Assembly: GCA_020341815.1 (NCBI GenBank)
Contig: CP070837.1
Location: forward strand, 135,229-199,228
DNA length: 64,000 bases
Reading direction: 5' to 3'
Source of the DNA: Candidatus Omnitrophota bacterium
GTDB taxonomy: Bacteria; Omnitrophota; Gorgyraeia; JAFGHF01
Position 1 is the stretch's first letter. Every line of letters starts with the position of its first letter. This document shows, in pieces, positions 1 to 9,613 of this stretch. The notes under the pieces were generated by a model. It did no database searches. It had not been told where the DNA came from and worked only from the letters and a program-made list of their open reading frames with translations. The position numbers and the translations under genes are program-made.

Positions 1-9
1 CTGGATGAT

Positions 10-1368
10 TTGCGGCTTATTTTGAAGATAGAGGTCAAATCAGTCCTGGCGGCAGAAAGTGATATTTTAGAAGCGATTAGAAAATATTACGGAGTCGGTG
101 CTGATACGATAGAGACAATGGAGATAGAGCCTTCTTCTTCGGATAACCTGGAGACTTTCAAGGTCTCCAAAGAGGACTTAGAAGGCTTAGCCCAGGATGC
201 CTCCATCGTCAGATTTGTCAATCAGATATTAATGCAGGCCCTTAATGATAGAGCCACCGATATTCATATCGAGCCCTTTGAAGATCAGCTGCGCGTGAGA
301 TTTCGCATCGACGGAGTGCTTTATGATGCCAGCGTACCTTCCAACATTAAATTCTTTCACTCTGCGATTGTCTCGCGAATAAAGGTAATGGCCAATCTGG
401 ATATCGCAGAAAGGCGCCTGCCGCAGGACGGCCGGATAGTAATTAGGCTTGCCGATAAAGATTTGGACCTGCGTATTTCTGTTTTGCCTACTCCTTACGG
501 AGAGACTGTAGATATCAGAATTCTTGTTCCGGGCATGCTTTTTAGCCTGAAAGATTTAGGTCTCTTAGAAAGTGATTTAAAGATTTTAGAGTCTTTAATC
601 AAAAAACCGCACGGAATAGTTTTTGTTACAGGTCCCACCGGAAGCGGCAAGACCACCACTTTATATGCCTGTCTTACTAAAATTAACGATGCCCAAAAAA
701 AGATTATTACTATCGAAGACCCTATTGAATATCAGATAAAGGGCGTAACCCAGGTTCAAATTCAGCCCAAGATTAACTTAAGCTTTGCCCAGGGCTTACG
801 TTCGATGTTAAGGCACGACCCGGATATTATGATGGTAGGGGAAGTAAGAGACAGAGAGACGGCTGATATAACTATCCGCGTAGCTTTGACGGGGCATCTA
901 GTTTTCAGCACTTTGCATACCAATGACGCAGCCGGAGGAGTGGCCCGGCTCCTGGATATCGGTATCGAGCCATATTTAGTTGCTTCATCGGTTGAGTGTT
1001 TTATTGCTCAGCGCCTTGTGCGCCTTATCTGTCCTAAATGCAAGCATGAAGTTAAATTAGAAGAAGATATGCTGCAGCAGTTACAGCTTAGGCCTGAGGA
1101 CGTCTCCGGGATTAAGTTCTATGCGGGTAGAGGATGTGAGTTCTGCAAGTTTACAGGATACAGGGGGCGCACGGGAATTTATGAGTTTTTACTGATAGAT
1201 GAACGGATTAGAGAATTGATCTTACAAAGAGTCTCAGCCGATCAAATGAAAAAGGCGGCTGTATCGGCCGGCATGCATACCCTGCGCCAGGATGGCTGGG
1301 AGAAGATAAAAATGGGTCTGACTACCCCCGCCGAAGTAGTCAGGGTTACTCAGCAGGAACAGATGTAA
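10..1368 (+). CDS. GspE/PilB family secretion/pilus ATPase (5' end probably outside window)
   Basis: Walker A GPTGSGKTT, TIEDPIE, RHDPD..GEVRD, HTNDA, two CxxC zinc motifs. Confidence 0.92.
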   Translation: MRLILKIEVKSVLAAESDILEAIRKYYGVGADTIETMEIEPSSSDNLETFKVSKEDLEGLAQDASIVRFVNQILMQALNDRATDIHIEPFEDQLRVRFRIDGVLYDASVPSNIKFFHSAIVSRIKVMANLDIAERRLPQDGRIVIRLADKDLDLRISVLPTPYGETVDIRILVPGMLFSLKDLGLLESDLKILESLIKKPHGIVFVTGPTGSGKTTTLYACLTKINDAQKKIITIEDPIEYQIKGVTQVQIQPKINLSFAQGLRSMLRHDPDIMMVGEVRDRETADITIRVALTGHLVFSTLHTNDAAGGVARLLDIGIEPYLVASSVECFIAQRLVRLICPKCKHEVKLEEDMLQQLQLRPEDVSGIKFYAGRGCEFCKFTGYRGRTGIYEFLLIDERIRELILQRVSADQMKKAAVSAGMHTLRQDGWEKIKMGLTTPAEVVRVTQQEQM

Positions 1369-1425
1369 TATCCCTTCAAAAAGCGCGTTGTGCTTCCCTT
1401 CACGAAACAACTTCCTTGACATTCG

Positions 1426-1454
1426 TTGATTTTCTTGGTAAATCTATGTATAGT
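1426..1454 (+). promoter_or_regulatory. possible sigma70 promoter for GH57 gene
   Basis: TTGATT-N17-TATAGT; an additional TTGACA at 1416. Confidence 0.4.
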
Positions 1455-1492
1455 CGCTGATTACTATCCAATAAAAAAAAGGGGGCGTTTAC

Positions 1493-3469
1493 TTGAATTT
1501 GCTTTTTGGTGTGCATAATCATCAGCCGGTAGGTAACTTTGAAAACGTCTTTCAGAAAGCAAATCGGGAGTGTTATCGCCCCTTTGTGGACACCCTCTAT
1601 AACTTCCCCTCCATTAAATGCACTTTCCACTTTAGCGGTTCCCTGATAGATTGGTTATTAAAAAACGACCCCGGTCTCCTTAAGAAAGTCAAAGAGATGC
1701 TTAAGCGTGGACAGGTGGAAATCTTAACAGGCGCATATTATGAGGCGGTTCTGTCCGTTATCCCGCAGAGGGACCGCTTAGGTCAAATTGATATGCTCAG
1801 CGGTTTTATCAAAGATTACTTTGAGTATGAGCCCAAGGGCATATGGCTGGGCGAGAGGGTTTGGGAGCCGCAGCTGGTAAAGACCTTGTGCGAGGCAGGA
1901 GTAAAATATACTATTTTAGATGAAGCGCATTTTCGTCTGGCGGGGATGGATGAGGAAAAAATAAAGGGTTATTATCTTACCGAGGACGAAGGAGAAACTC
2001 TGGCAATATTTCCTATCAACGAAAAATTGAGATATATTGTTCCCTTTTCGCTGCCGAGAGAGCCCATTAGATATTTGAAAAAATTGGCGGATGAAGGCGA
2101 AATTAACGCCTGCACAATAGTGGATGACGGGGAAAAATTCGGTCTTTGGCCCGGCACCCATAAATGGGTTTATAAAGAAAAGTGGCTGGAGAAGTTCTTC
2201 CAGCTCGTTGTAAAAAATCAGGATTGGCTGAAGACAGAGACTATCCATAACTATATGCAGAGAGAAAAACCTCAAGGGTTATTTTATCTTCCCTGTGCCA
2301 GCTATGACAGAATGGTTGTCTGGTCCGGAGGCTTCTTTAGGAATTTCTTTGTGAAATATCCTGAGGCAAATAATCTGCATAAGCGGATGCTTTATGTGAG
2401 CGATAGATTAAAAGATGAAGGCGACAGAGAAATAAAGAAATATCTCTATATGGGGCAATGCAATTGCCCTTACTGGCACGGAGTATTCGGGGGGATATAT
2501 TTGACGCATCTGAGGCACGCTGCTTATAAGAATATTATCACCGCCCAGGCCCTTCTTGAAAAGAAACAGAAGAAGCCTTTTCTGGAGAGCGAGATGTTCG
2601 ATTTTGATAAGGACGGCCATAACGAAATACTTATCAGGAATCCGCTTTTAAATATATTTGTCGCGCCAGCCCGCGGCGGGGCGATTTTCGAGATGGATTA
2701 TTTAGAACGTCCTATTAATCTGATGGATACGATGAGCAGGCGCCCTGAATCATATCATGAAAAAATTAAAACCAGCCTTAAAAAGCGCTTGCACCTGGGA
2801 AAGAAAAAGATTGTCAGTATCCATGATTTGCTAAGAAGCAAAGAAAAGGGCCTGGAGAAGTTTCTGATTTATGATTCCTACAGGCGAGCCTCACTCTTGG
2901 AGCACTTTTTCTATCAGGATTTAAGCTTTGAAGATTTCAGGAATTCGCGCTATGAAGAGCTGGGCGACTTCATCAATGCCCCATATTCCTTCAGACAGAG
3001 AAGAGATAAGGATACGCTTTCGCTAATTTTATCCAGGCGCGGCACCTTAAATTATAAGGGCGAAAGAGTTCTTCTGGGTCTTTCCAAAGAACTCTCTTTA
3101 AATACACAAGAGGCCCAGGTTATGATTAAATATAATCTGGAGAATTTAAGCAACAGGCCTCTAAAGATAATTTTTGCTGTAGAGTTTAATTTTTCAGTAC
3201 AAGGTAAACTTCAGCCCGATAATTTCCCTATTGAAGCAGAGCGGTTAAGCCTGCGCGATGAGGCCGCAGGCATAGAGTGCGCTTTCGGTTTTGATAAAAG
3301 GCCTAAACTCTGGGCGCATCCCTTAGAGACCGTTTCCGCTTCCGAATCAGGGTTTGAACGCAATTACCAGCAGAGGGTCCTCCTGCCTTTCTGGCCCATC
3401 ACGTTGGAAAAAACCTGGCAGACTGATATAAAAATAGCTGTTTCTAATTGCAATTTGGATGATATTTAG
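1493..3469 (+). CDS. GH57 alpha-amylase/4-alpha-glucanotransferase
   Basis: HNHQP, WLGERVW, DDGEKFG, QCNCPYWHG motifs; C-terminal TVSxSExGFE..YQ. Confidence 0.9.
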   Translation: MNLLFGVHNHQPVGNFENVFQKANRECYRPFVDTLYNFPSIKCTFHFSGSLIDWLLKNDPGLLKKVKEMLKRGQVEILTGAYYEAVLSVIPQRDRLGQIDMLSGFIKDYFEYEPKGIWLGERVWEPQLVKTLCEAGVKYTILDEAHFRLAGMDEEKIKGYYLTEDEGETLAIFPINEKLRYIVPFSLPREPIRYLKKLADEGEINACTIVDDGEKFGLWPGTHKWVYKEKWLEKFFQLVVKNQDWLKTETIHNYMQREKPQGLFYLPCASYDRMVVWSGGFFRNFFVKYPEANNLHKRMLYVSDRLKDEGDREIKKYLYMGQCNCPYWHGVFGGIYLTHLRHAAYKNIITAQALLEKKQKKPFLESEMFDFDKDGHNEILIRNPLLNIFVAPARGGAIFEMDYLERPINLMDTMSRRPESYHEKIKTSLKKRLHLGKKKIVSIHDLLRSKEKGLEKFLIYDSYRRASLLEHFFYQDLSFEDFRNSRYEELGDFINAPYSFRQRRDKDTLSLILSRRGTLNYKGERVLLGLSKELSLNTQEAQVMIKYNLENLSNRPLKIIFAVEFNFSVQGKLQPDNFPIEAERLSLRDEAAGIECAFGFDKRPKLWAHPLETVSASESGFERNYQQRVLLPFWPITLEKTWQTDIKIAVSNCNLDDI

Positions 3470-3511
3470 TTATAATCAATGCACGCAGATAGATAAAGAA
3501 GGAGGGGGAAG

Positions 3512-4369
3512 ATGCTCCTGAAGATAAGCGCCTTTTGCAGCATTAACCTGGTCCAGTTTTTATTTATTATTTTAGCCATTTATCTCTCGGGTGTATTAAT
3601 CATCAGGCTGATAAATAGATGGGTAAAGGACGTGCACCATCGCCATACGGGGCGCAAGATTACGCTTTACACGACAGTGCTGGCTATTCTGATAGTTTCT
3701 CTGATATTCTGGCTGGAAAGCGTAAAGCCGGTGGCGGTGATGATAAGTATTGTAGGCGCCGGTCTTGTAGTAGCCTTGCAGGAAGTAATCCTTTGTTTTT
3801 TCGGTTGGATTTTGATAATTTTTAAGCGTCCCTTCAGCGTAGGGGACCGGGTGGAAATTGGCTCGGTTAAAGGAGACGTCATCGATGTACGGATGTTTCA
3901 GACCGCGCTTCTTGAGGTGGGTAACTGGGTTAGCGCTGAGCAGAGCACCGGCAGGGTGGTACATGTTCCCAACAGCAGCGTATTCAGGGAAAGGGTATTT
4001 AACTATACCAAAGGCTTTGCCTTTATCTGGAACGAGGTCAAGGTAACCGTTACTTTTGAGACCAACTGGGCCAAGGCCAAAGAGATTGTTTTGCGCCAGG
4101 CCGGCTCCCAAGCAGATGAACTGAAAGCAAAGGCGCAGACGTCCATTGAAAAAATGGCTCAGCGCTATATGATTCATTATGAGAAATTTACGCCTATTGT
4201 CTATGTAAACATCGTTGATTATGGCGTAGAGCTTACCTTGCGTTATCTGACGCAGGTACGCGAAAGGCGCACGACCGAGGACAGGATATCGCGAGGTATC
4301 CTGGAGGAGTTTAACCGGGAAAAGGATATACAGTTTGCTTATCCTACTTACCGCATTGTAAAAAAATGA
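3512..4369 (+). CDS. MscS small-conductance mechanosensitive channel
   Basis: three TM helices, RPFSVGDRVEIG..GDV, VPNS motif. Confidence 0.88.
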   Translation: MLLKISAFCSINLVQFLFIILAIYLSGVLIIRLINRWVKDVHHRHTGRKITLYTTVLAILIVSLIFWLESVKPVAVMISIVGAGLVVALQEVILCFFGWILIIFKRPFSVGDRVEIGSVKGDVIDVRMFQTALLEVGNWVSAEQSTGRVVHVPNSSVFRERVFNYTKGFAFIWNEVKVTVTFETNWAKAKEIVLRQAGSQADELKAKAQTSIEKMAQRYMIHYEKFTPIVYVNIVDYGVELTLRYLTQVRERRTTEDRISRGILEEFNREKDIQFAYPTYRIVKK

Positions 4370-4370
4370 A

Positions 4371-4480
4371 CCCCGCCCTTCCCAACACTATGCTTTGCAT
4401 AAGAGATATTGGCGAAGGCAATAAAAGGAAGGGTTGGGGATATAACCCTGGCATAGCGATGAAAGGAAGAGCGGGGTGAA
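4371..4480 (+). mobile_element. start-codon hairpin insertion element, copy 1 (110 bp)
   Basis: ATGAA|CCCCGCCCTTCC...GGAAGAGCGGGG-TGAA; removing it restores the mscS/glgC ATGA overlap. Confidence 0.85.
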
Positions 4481-5696
4481 TAAGATACTTACATTTATTA
4501 TGGCCGGAGGAAAAGGGGAAAGACTTTTTCCTTTGACCAGGGAAAGAACCAAGCCGGCGACTCCCTTCGGAGGCGTCTATCGAATTATTGATTTTACTTT
4601 AAGCAATTGCATCAATTCGGGCCTACGCAAAGTCTGCGTGCTTACTCAATATAAATCCAGCTCCCTTAATCATCACTTAACTATGGGCTGGAGTATCTTA
4701 AACAGCGAATTGGGTGAGTATATCGATGCTGTTCCGGCCCAGCAGAGAATTAGCGATACCTGGTACTTAGGCACGGCCGATTCTATTTATCAAAATCTTT
4801 ATCTGGTTATCGAAGAGACCCCTGATTATGTCCTTATTCTGGCTGGCGACCATATATATAAGATGGACTATGGCCAGATGCTCCAGTTTCATCGCAAAAG
4901 ACGCGCCGACCTTACGGTTGCAGTTGTGGAGGCTCAAAAGGAAGAGGCTCATCGCTTGGGTATCCTTGAGGTCGACAGGAGGATGCAGGTGCGGGGTTTT
5001 CAGGAAAAACCCAAAGGGCCTGAGGGTATTTTCGGCAGAACAGACTCTGTCTATGCCTCGATGGGGATATATGTTTTTAGCCGGGAAGTCCTGATTGAGG
5101 AACTGGCCGAAGATGCTGCCAGGCAAAACTCTGAACACGACTTTGGGAAAAATATAATTCCCCAGATGGTCGGCAAGCGAAAGAAGATTTTTGCCTATAA
5201 TTTCAAAGACCCCGAAAGCAATACGCCGAAATACTGGAGAGATGTGGGGGATATCGATGCCTATTATGAGGCAAATATGGATTTGGTGCGGGTTACGCCC
5301 GAATTTAATCTCTATGATAAAGAGTGGCCTATTCGTACTTATCAGGAGCAGTTTCCCCCGGCAAAGACCGTCTGGAGCGGCCAGGAAAATAAACGGCGCA
5401 TCGGCCAGGCTATTAATTCTCTGATTGCCAGCGGATGTATTATAAGCGGAGGCTTGGTAAAGAATTCTATCCTTTCTCCTGCGGTGCGCATTAATAGCTT
5501 TGCCGAGGTTTATGATTCCATTATTATGGAAGGCGCAGAAATCGGAAGGTTTGCTAAAATCAAAAGGGCAATCATCGATAAAAATGTCAGGGTTTCTCAA
5601 GATGCGACAATCGGCTACGACCCGATAGAAGACAGAAAGAGATTTACGGTTAGCGAATCAGGAATTACCGTGGTAGGCAAAGGGGCCAGCGTCTAA
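4476..5696 (+). CDS. glgC: glucose-1-phosphate adenylyltransferase
   Basis: MAGGKGERLFPLT..KPA.PFGG, GTADSIYQN, GDHIYKMDY. Confidence 0.96.
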   Translation: MNKILTFIMAGGKGERLFPLTRERTKPATPFGGVYRIIDFTLSNCINSGLRKVCVLTQYKSSSLNHHLTMGWSILNSELGEYIDAVPAQQRISDTWYLGTADSIYQNLYLVIEETPDYVLILAGDHIYKMDYGQMLQFHRKRRADLTVAVVEAQKEEAHRLGILEVDRRMQVRGFQEKPKGPEGIFGRTDSVYASMGIYVFSREVLIEELAEDAARQNSEHDFGKNIIPQMVGKRKKIFAYNFKDPESNTPKYWRDVGDIDAYYEANMDLVRVTPEFNLYDKEWPIRTYQEQFPPAKTVWSGQENKRRIGQAINSLIASGCIISGGLVKNSILSPAVRINSFAEVYDSIIMEGAEIGRFAKIKRAIIDKNVRVSQDATIGYDPIEDRKRFTVSESGITVVGKGASV

Positions 5697-6970
5697 TGCG
5701 ATTGAACATTACCGAGAAAATATTGTTAGCGCATACAGATCGAGAAGAGATCTCACCCGGAGAAATTATTGAGGCCCGCGTAGATTTGGCCCTGGGCAAC
5801 GATATTACCGCGCCCCTTGCTATTAAAAAATTCAAGGCCGCAGGCATCAAAAAGGTGTTCAACCGCGAAAGGATTGCTCTTGTCTGCGACCATTTTGTGC
5901 CCAATAAGGACGCTCCCAGCGCCCGTCAGTGCCGGATGGTTGAAGACTTCGCCCGTGATTTTAAGATTAATCATTTTTATCCCCTGGGAGAAGGCGGCAT
6001 TGAGCATGTGCTTTTGCCTGAGGCGGGCCTGGTTCTTCCGGGAGATTTGATTATAGGGGCCGATTCGCACACCTGCACCTACGGCGCCTTAGGGGCCTTT
6101 TCCACAGGAGTGGGCTCAACGGATTTAGCGGCGGTCTGGATTACGGGAAAGATTTGGCTGCGCGTGCCCGAATCGATGAAGTTTATCTATTCCGGAAAAT
6201 TAAGACCCTGGGTAGGCGGCAAAGACCTTATCCTGCACACCATAGGCGATATCGGGGTCTCCGGAGCTACATATAAGGCCATGGAGTTTACCGGGCCTGC
6301 GATTAAACATTTGTCCATGGATGACAGATTCTCGATGTGTAATATGGCTATTGAGGCCGGGGCAAAATCAGGGATAATTGAAGCGGATAAAATAACGCGT
6401 AAATATATTAATTCAGTCGCTAGTCGCTTGTCGCTAGTATCTAGTAAAAGATTTTATAAAAGCGATAGGAACGCCAGGTATTGCGACATGAGGGAATATG
6501 ACGTAAGTAAACTCCAGCCGCAGGTGGCCTGTCCGCATCTGCCCAGCAACGTAAAGCCCGTAGGCGAGCTGAAAAAAGTAAGCATAGACCAGGCGGTAAT
6601 CGGCTCCTGCACCAACGGGCGGATTTCCGATTTGATGACAGCGGCCAGAGTCCTGAAAAACAAAAAGGCTAATTCCCGGGTAAGGTTAATCGTTTTTCCG
6701 GGCACGCAGCAGATTTATCAAGAGGCCCTGAAGATGGGCTTAATGGATATATTTATTGATGCCGGTGCAACTATTTGTCCGCCTACCTGCGGGCCCTGCC
6801 TTGGCGGGCATATGGGCGTTTTAGGTGATAAAGAAGTGGCTATCGCCACCACTAATCGTAATTTCCGCGGTAGAATGGGGGCTTTAACAAGTAAGGTGTA
6901 TTTGTCTAATCCGGCTGTAGCAGCGGCAAGTGCCGTTCATGGCACGATTACGCATCCGGGAGAGAGTTGA
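5696..6970 (+). CDS. leuC: 3-isopropylmalate dehydratase large subunit
   Basis: GADSHTCT, IGSCTNGR, CGPCLG, TTNRNF. Confidence 0.93.
   Translation: MRLNITEKILLAHTDREEISPGEIIEARVDLALGNDITAPLAIKKFKAAGIKKVFNRERIALVCDHFVPNKDAPSARQCRMVEDFARDFKINHFYPLGEGGIEHVLLPEAGLVLPGDLIIGADSHTCTYGALGAFSTGVGSTDLAAVWITGKIWLRVPESMKFIYSGKLRPWVGGKDLILHTIGDIGVSGATYKAMEFTGPAIKHLSMDDRFSMCNMAIEAGAKSGIIEADKITRKYINSVASRLSLVSSKRFYKSDRNARYCDMREYDVSKLQPQVACPHLPSNVKPVGELKKVSIDQAVIGSCTNGRISDLMTAARVLKNKKANSRVRLIVFPGTQQIYQEALKMGLMDIFIDAGATICPPTCGPCLGGHMGVLGDKEVAIATTNRNFRGRMGALTSKVYLSNPAVAAASAVHGTITHPGES
6416..6445 (+). repeat. heptamer tandem repeat inside leuC
   Basis: GTCGCTA GTCGCTT GTCGCTA GTATCTA GT; encodes VASRLSLVSS. 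Confidence 0.75.
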
Positions 6971-7032
6971 TAAAGCCTTGAGGCGTTTTTGAATACAATG
7001 AAGACGAACCTTAAAACAAAGGAGCGGATACA

Positions 7033-7395
7033 ATGAAAAGAATAGTTTGTATCTTATTGAGCGTTATTCTCCTTAGTGGTTGTGCAGGCAAGAAGATAGC
7101 CCAAGTTCCAGGGGTAAGTTATGATAACGGCATTACTAAAGAAGAGGCAAAGATAATTGCCAAGGAATACTTCCTTGATTCAAAATATAAAAATAAATTT
7201 CGCTCTACAGATGCTGGAGTATTGAGCAGCGTGGAAACAGCGCAACATCCGGATAGCTGGTTTATTATGTTTCGCCCCAAGAAAATGAAATGGATAAAGT
7301 ATAAACACATTGTCGGGGTTGATAAAAAGACAGGAAAGATAACATTTGAGGGAACGCTTTCTCCTTCGGGACTTTCCTCCTCTACACCTTATTAA
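7033..7395 (+). CDS. hypothetical lipoprotein inserted between leuC and leuD
   Basis: AAGGAG RBS, signal peptide with LLSGC lipobox. Confidence 0.75.
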   Translation: MKRIVCILLSVILLSGCAGKKIAQVPGVSYDNGITKEEAKIIAKEYFLDSKYKNKFRSTDAGVLSSVETAQHPDSWFIMFRPKKMKWIKYKHIVGVDKKTGKITFEGTLSPSGLSSSTPY

Positions 7396-7396
7396 A

Positions 7397-7885
7397 ATGA
7401 AGCTTAAAGGCAAAGTTCATAAGTTCGGCAGCAATATCAATACGGATGAGATAATTCCGGCCAAGTTCCTGAATATCAGTGAGGCTAAAGAGCTGGGTGC
7501 GCATTGCATGGAAGGGATAGCGCCGGGTTTTGCAAAAAAAGTGGAAAAGGGCGATATAATAGTAGCCGGGAAAAACTTTGGCTGCGGCTCATCCCGTGAG
7601 CATGCGCCCGTTTCCATCAAGGCCTGCGGGATTAGTTGCGTGTTAGCCGAAAGTTTCGCCCGTATTTTTTATCGCAATGCTATTAATATCGGCCTGCCAA
7701 TTTTAGAGTGCAGCCAGGTAAAGAGGATTTCTAAAAATAGTTTAGTGGAAATAGATCTGGATAACGGGGAAATCAGGGATTTGACCAAAAATAAAGTCTA
7801 TTCTGGGCAGGGTTTTCCTAAATTCATGCAGGAGTTGATCAAGGCAGGAGGACTCTTGCCTTACATAAGAAAGGGACATCGCTAA
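7397..7885 (+). CDS. leuD: 3-isopropylmalate dehydratase small subunit
   Basis: [19 protein letters not shown]; start moved to ATG 7397. Confidence 0.93.
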   Translation: MKLKGKVHKFGSNINTDEIIPAKFLNISEAKELGAHCMEGIAPGFAKKVEKGDIIVAGKNFGCGSSREHAPVSIKACGISCVLAESFARIFYRNAINIGLPILECSQVKRISKNSLVEIDLDNGEIRDLTKNKVYSGQGFPKFMQELIKAGGLLPYIRKGHR

Positions 7886-8953
7886 ATGAGCAGGAATTAC
7901 AAGATTGCCGTAGTGCCCGGAGATGGAACGGGTCCGGAAGTAGTCAGAGAGGGCTTGAAGGTCTTGAAGGCGGTAAGCGAAATTAGCGGCTTTAAATATA
8001 CCTTGAAGGAGTTTGATTACGGGGCAGAACGTTATTTAAAGACAAACAAGGTGCTTTCCGATTCAGCTTTAGCTGAGTTTAAAAAGTTTGATGCTATTTA
8101 CCTTGGCGCGGTGGGCGACCCGCGGGTAAAGCCGGGGATACTGGAGCAGGGCCTTCTTTTAAAGATGAGATTTGGCCTGCAGCAGTATATTAATCTGCGG
8201 CCGGTAAAGCTTTATCCGGGTGTCTGGACACCTCTTAGAGACAAGGGTCCTGAGGATATCGATTTTGTGGTGGTGCGCGAAAATAATGAAGGTTTATATG
8301 TGGGAGAGGGAAAGTTTATTAAAAAAGGCACCAAGAATGAAGTGGCCCTTCAGGTTTCACGCAACAGCCGAAGTGGTGTCGAGCGCTGTATTCGTTATGC
8401 CTTTGAGTTTACCCGAAAGCGCAACAAGAGAAAAAAACTCACCCTTTGCGGTAAGACTAATGTCTTGACTTATGCCTGGGACCTGTGGGAGCGCACCTTT
8501 GGCGAGGTGGCCAAGGAATATTCCGATATCACCACCGATTATGCCCATGTGGATGCAACGTGTATGTGGATGGTGAAGAACCCTGAGTGGTTTGACGTGA
8601 TTGTTACGGATAATATGTTCGGTGATATTATTACCGACCTGGGCGCAATGATTCAGGGTGGGATGGGCATTGCCGCAGGGGGCAATATCAACCCCCAAGG
8701 AGTTTCCATGTTTGAGCCGATTGGCGGCTCGGCCCCCAAATATACCGGCAAGAACTTAATCAATCCTTTGGCGGCAATCTGTGCCCTGGGAATGCTGCTC
8801 GATGAATTAGGGGAAGAAGAGGCCGCTACAACGATAGAGAAGTCGGTAATGCATGTAACCGCAAATAAACTAAAAAGTCTCTCCGCTGGAAAAATGGGTT
8901 ATTCCACCAGCGAGGTGGGGGACTTAGTGGCGGAGAACTTAAGCAGGGGTTAG
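7886..8953 (+). CDS. leuB: 3-isopropylmalate dehydrogenase
   Basis: [30 protein letters not shown]; leuCD context. Confidence 0.88.
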   Translation: MSRNYKIAVVPGDGTGPEVVREGLKVLKAVSEISGFKYTLKEFDYGAERYLKTNKVLSDSALAEFKKFDAIYLGAVGDPRVKPGILEQGLLLKMRFGLQQYINLRPVKLYPGVWTPLRDKGPEDIDFVVVRENNEGLYVGEGKFIKKGTKNEVALQVSRNSRSGVERCIRYAFEFTRKRNKRKKLTLCGKTNVLTYAWDLWERTFGEVAKEYSDITTDYAHVDATCMWMVKNPEWFDVIVTDNMFGDIITDLGAMIQGGMGIAAGGNINPQGVSMFEPIGGSAPKYTGKNLINPLAAICALGMLLDELGEEEAATTIEKSVMHVTANKLKSLSAGKMGYSTSEVGDLVAENLSRG

Positions 8954-8955
8954 AA

Positions 8956-9453
8956 ATGGTTTTTTATGAAGAGACATTGCGGGCATTTCAAAAACAAAAA
9001 GTAAAATATGTACTTGTAGGGGGAATTGCCGTTAATCTGCTTGGTGCAATGCGAAGTACCGCTGATTTAGATATTCTTGTCGAAATGAGTGATAATAATT
9101 TGAGAAAGACAGTTAAAATTTTAAAAAGGCAGGGTTATTATGTTAAGCAGCCGGTTGATCCGATAAGCATTGCAATTAGAGAAATAAGAGAAGACTGGAT
9201 TAAGAATAAACACATGAAGGCTTTTAACTTCTATAAAGAAGATGAGTTAAAAGAAGTCGACATAATTATAGAATCGCCCGTATCCTTCAAGGAAGCCAGA
9301 AACAGTGCAATACGTATTAAAGCCGGCGACTTAACTTTACCTGTAATTTCCATAGATAAGCTGATCAAAATGAAAAGCAAGGCAGCGCGCTTGGTTGATA
9401 AATTAGATATAGAAGAGTTAAAGAAAATAAAAAAATTAAGGAAGAAGCTATGA
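8956..9453 (+). CDS. predicted nucleotidyltransferase (Pol-beta superfamily, TA-associated type)
   Basis: VGGIAV..G..RSTADLD motif, LIKMK..AR.VD..DI C-terminus. Confidence 0.75.
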   Translation: MVFYEETLRAFQKQKVKYVLVGGIAVNLLGAMRSTADLDILVEMSDNNLRKTVKILKRQGYYVKQPVDPISIAIREIREDWIKNKHMKAFNFYKEDELKEVDIIIESPVSFKEARNSAIRIKAGDLTLPVISIDKLIKMKSKAARLVDKLDIEELKKIKKLRKKL

Positions 9454-9608
9454 TTTTTAAATGGGAAAGCCAAAGGGAGCGTCTTTTGAGATTTATGAAG
9501 ATATCACCGAAGAAAAAGTTAGAGTGGCTTCGGGAAATAAATGAATTCACTGCTAAATATTCGTCAAAACGCAGCAACTTAATTCGGCGGAAACTTCGCA
9601 CGAGGTAA
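9450..9608 (+). CDS. small basic protein (52 aa), putative NTase partner
   Basis: ATGA overlap with NTase stop; MIFKWESQRERLLRFMKISPKKKLEWLREINEF...; fills the gap to asd. Confidence 0.65.
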   Translation: MIFKWESQRERLLRFMKISPKKKLEWLREINEFTAKYSSKRSNLIRRKLRTR

Positions 9609-9613
9609 ATCAA

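Noticed and set aside
4394-4425. Conserved TTGCAT in element interiors as a -35 or sigma54 box
   Set aside because: No consistent -10 at 16-18 bp across copies and no GG at the sigma54 -24 position.
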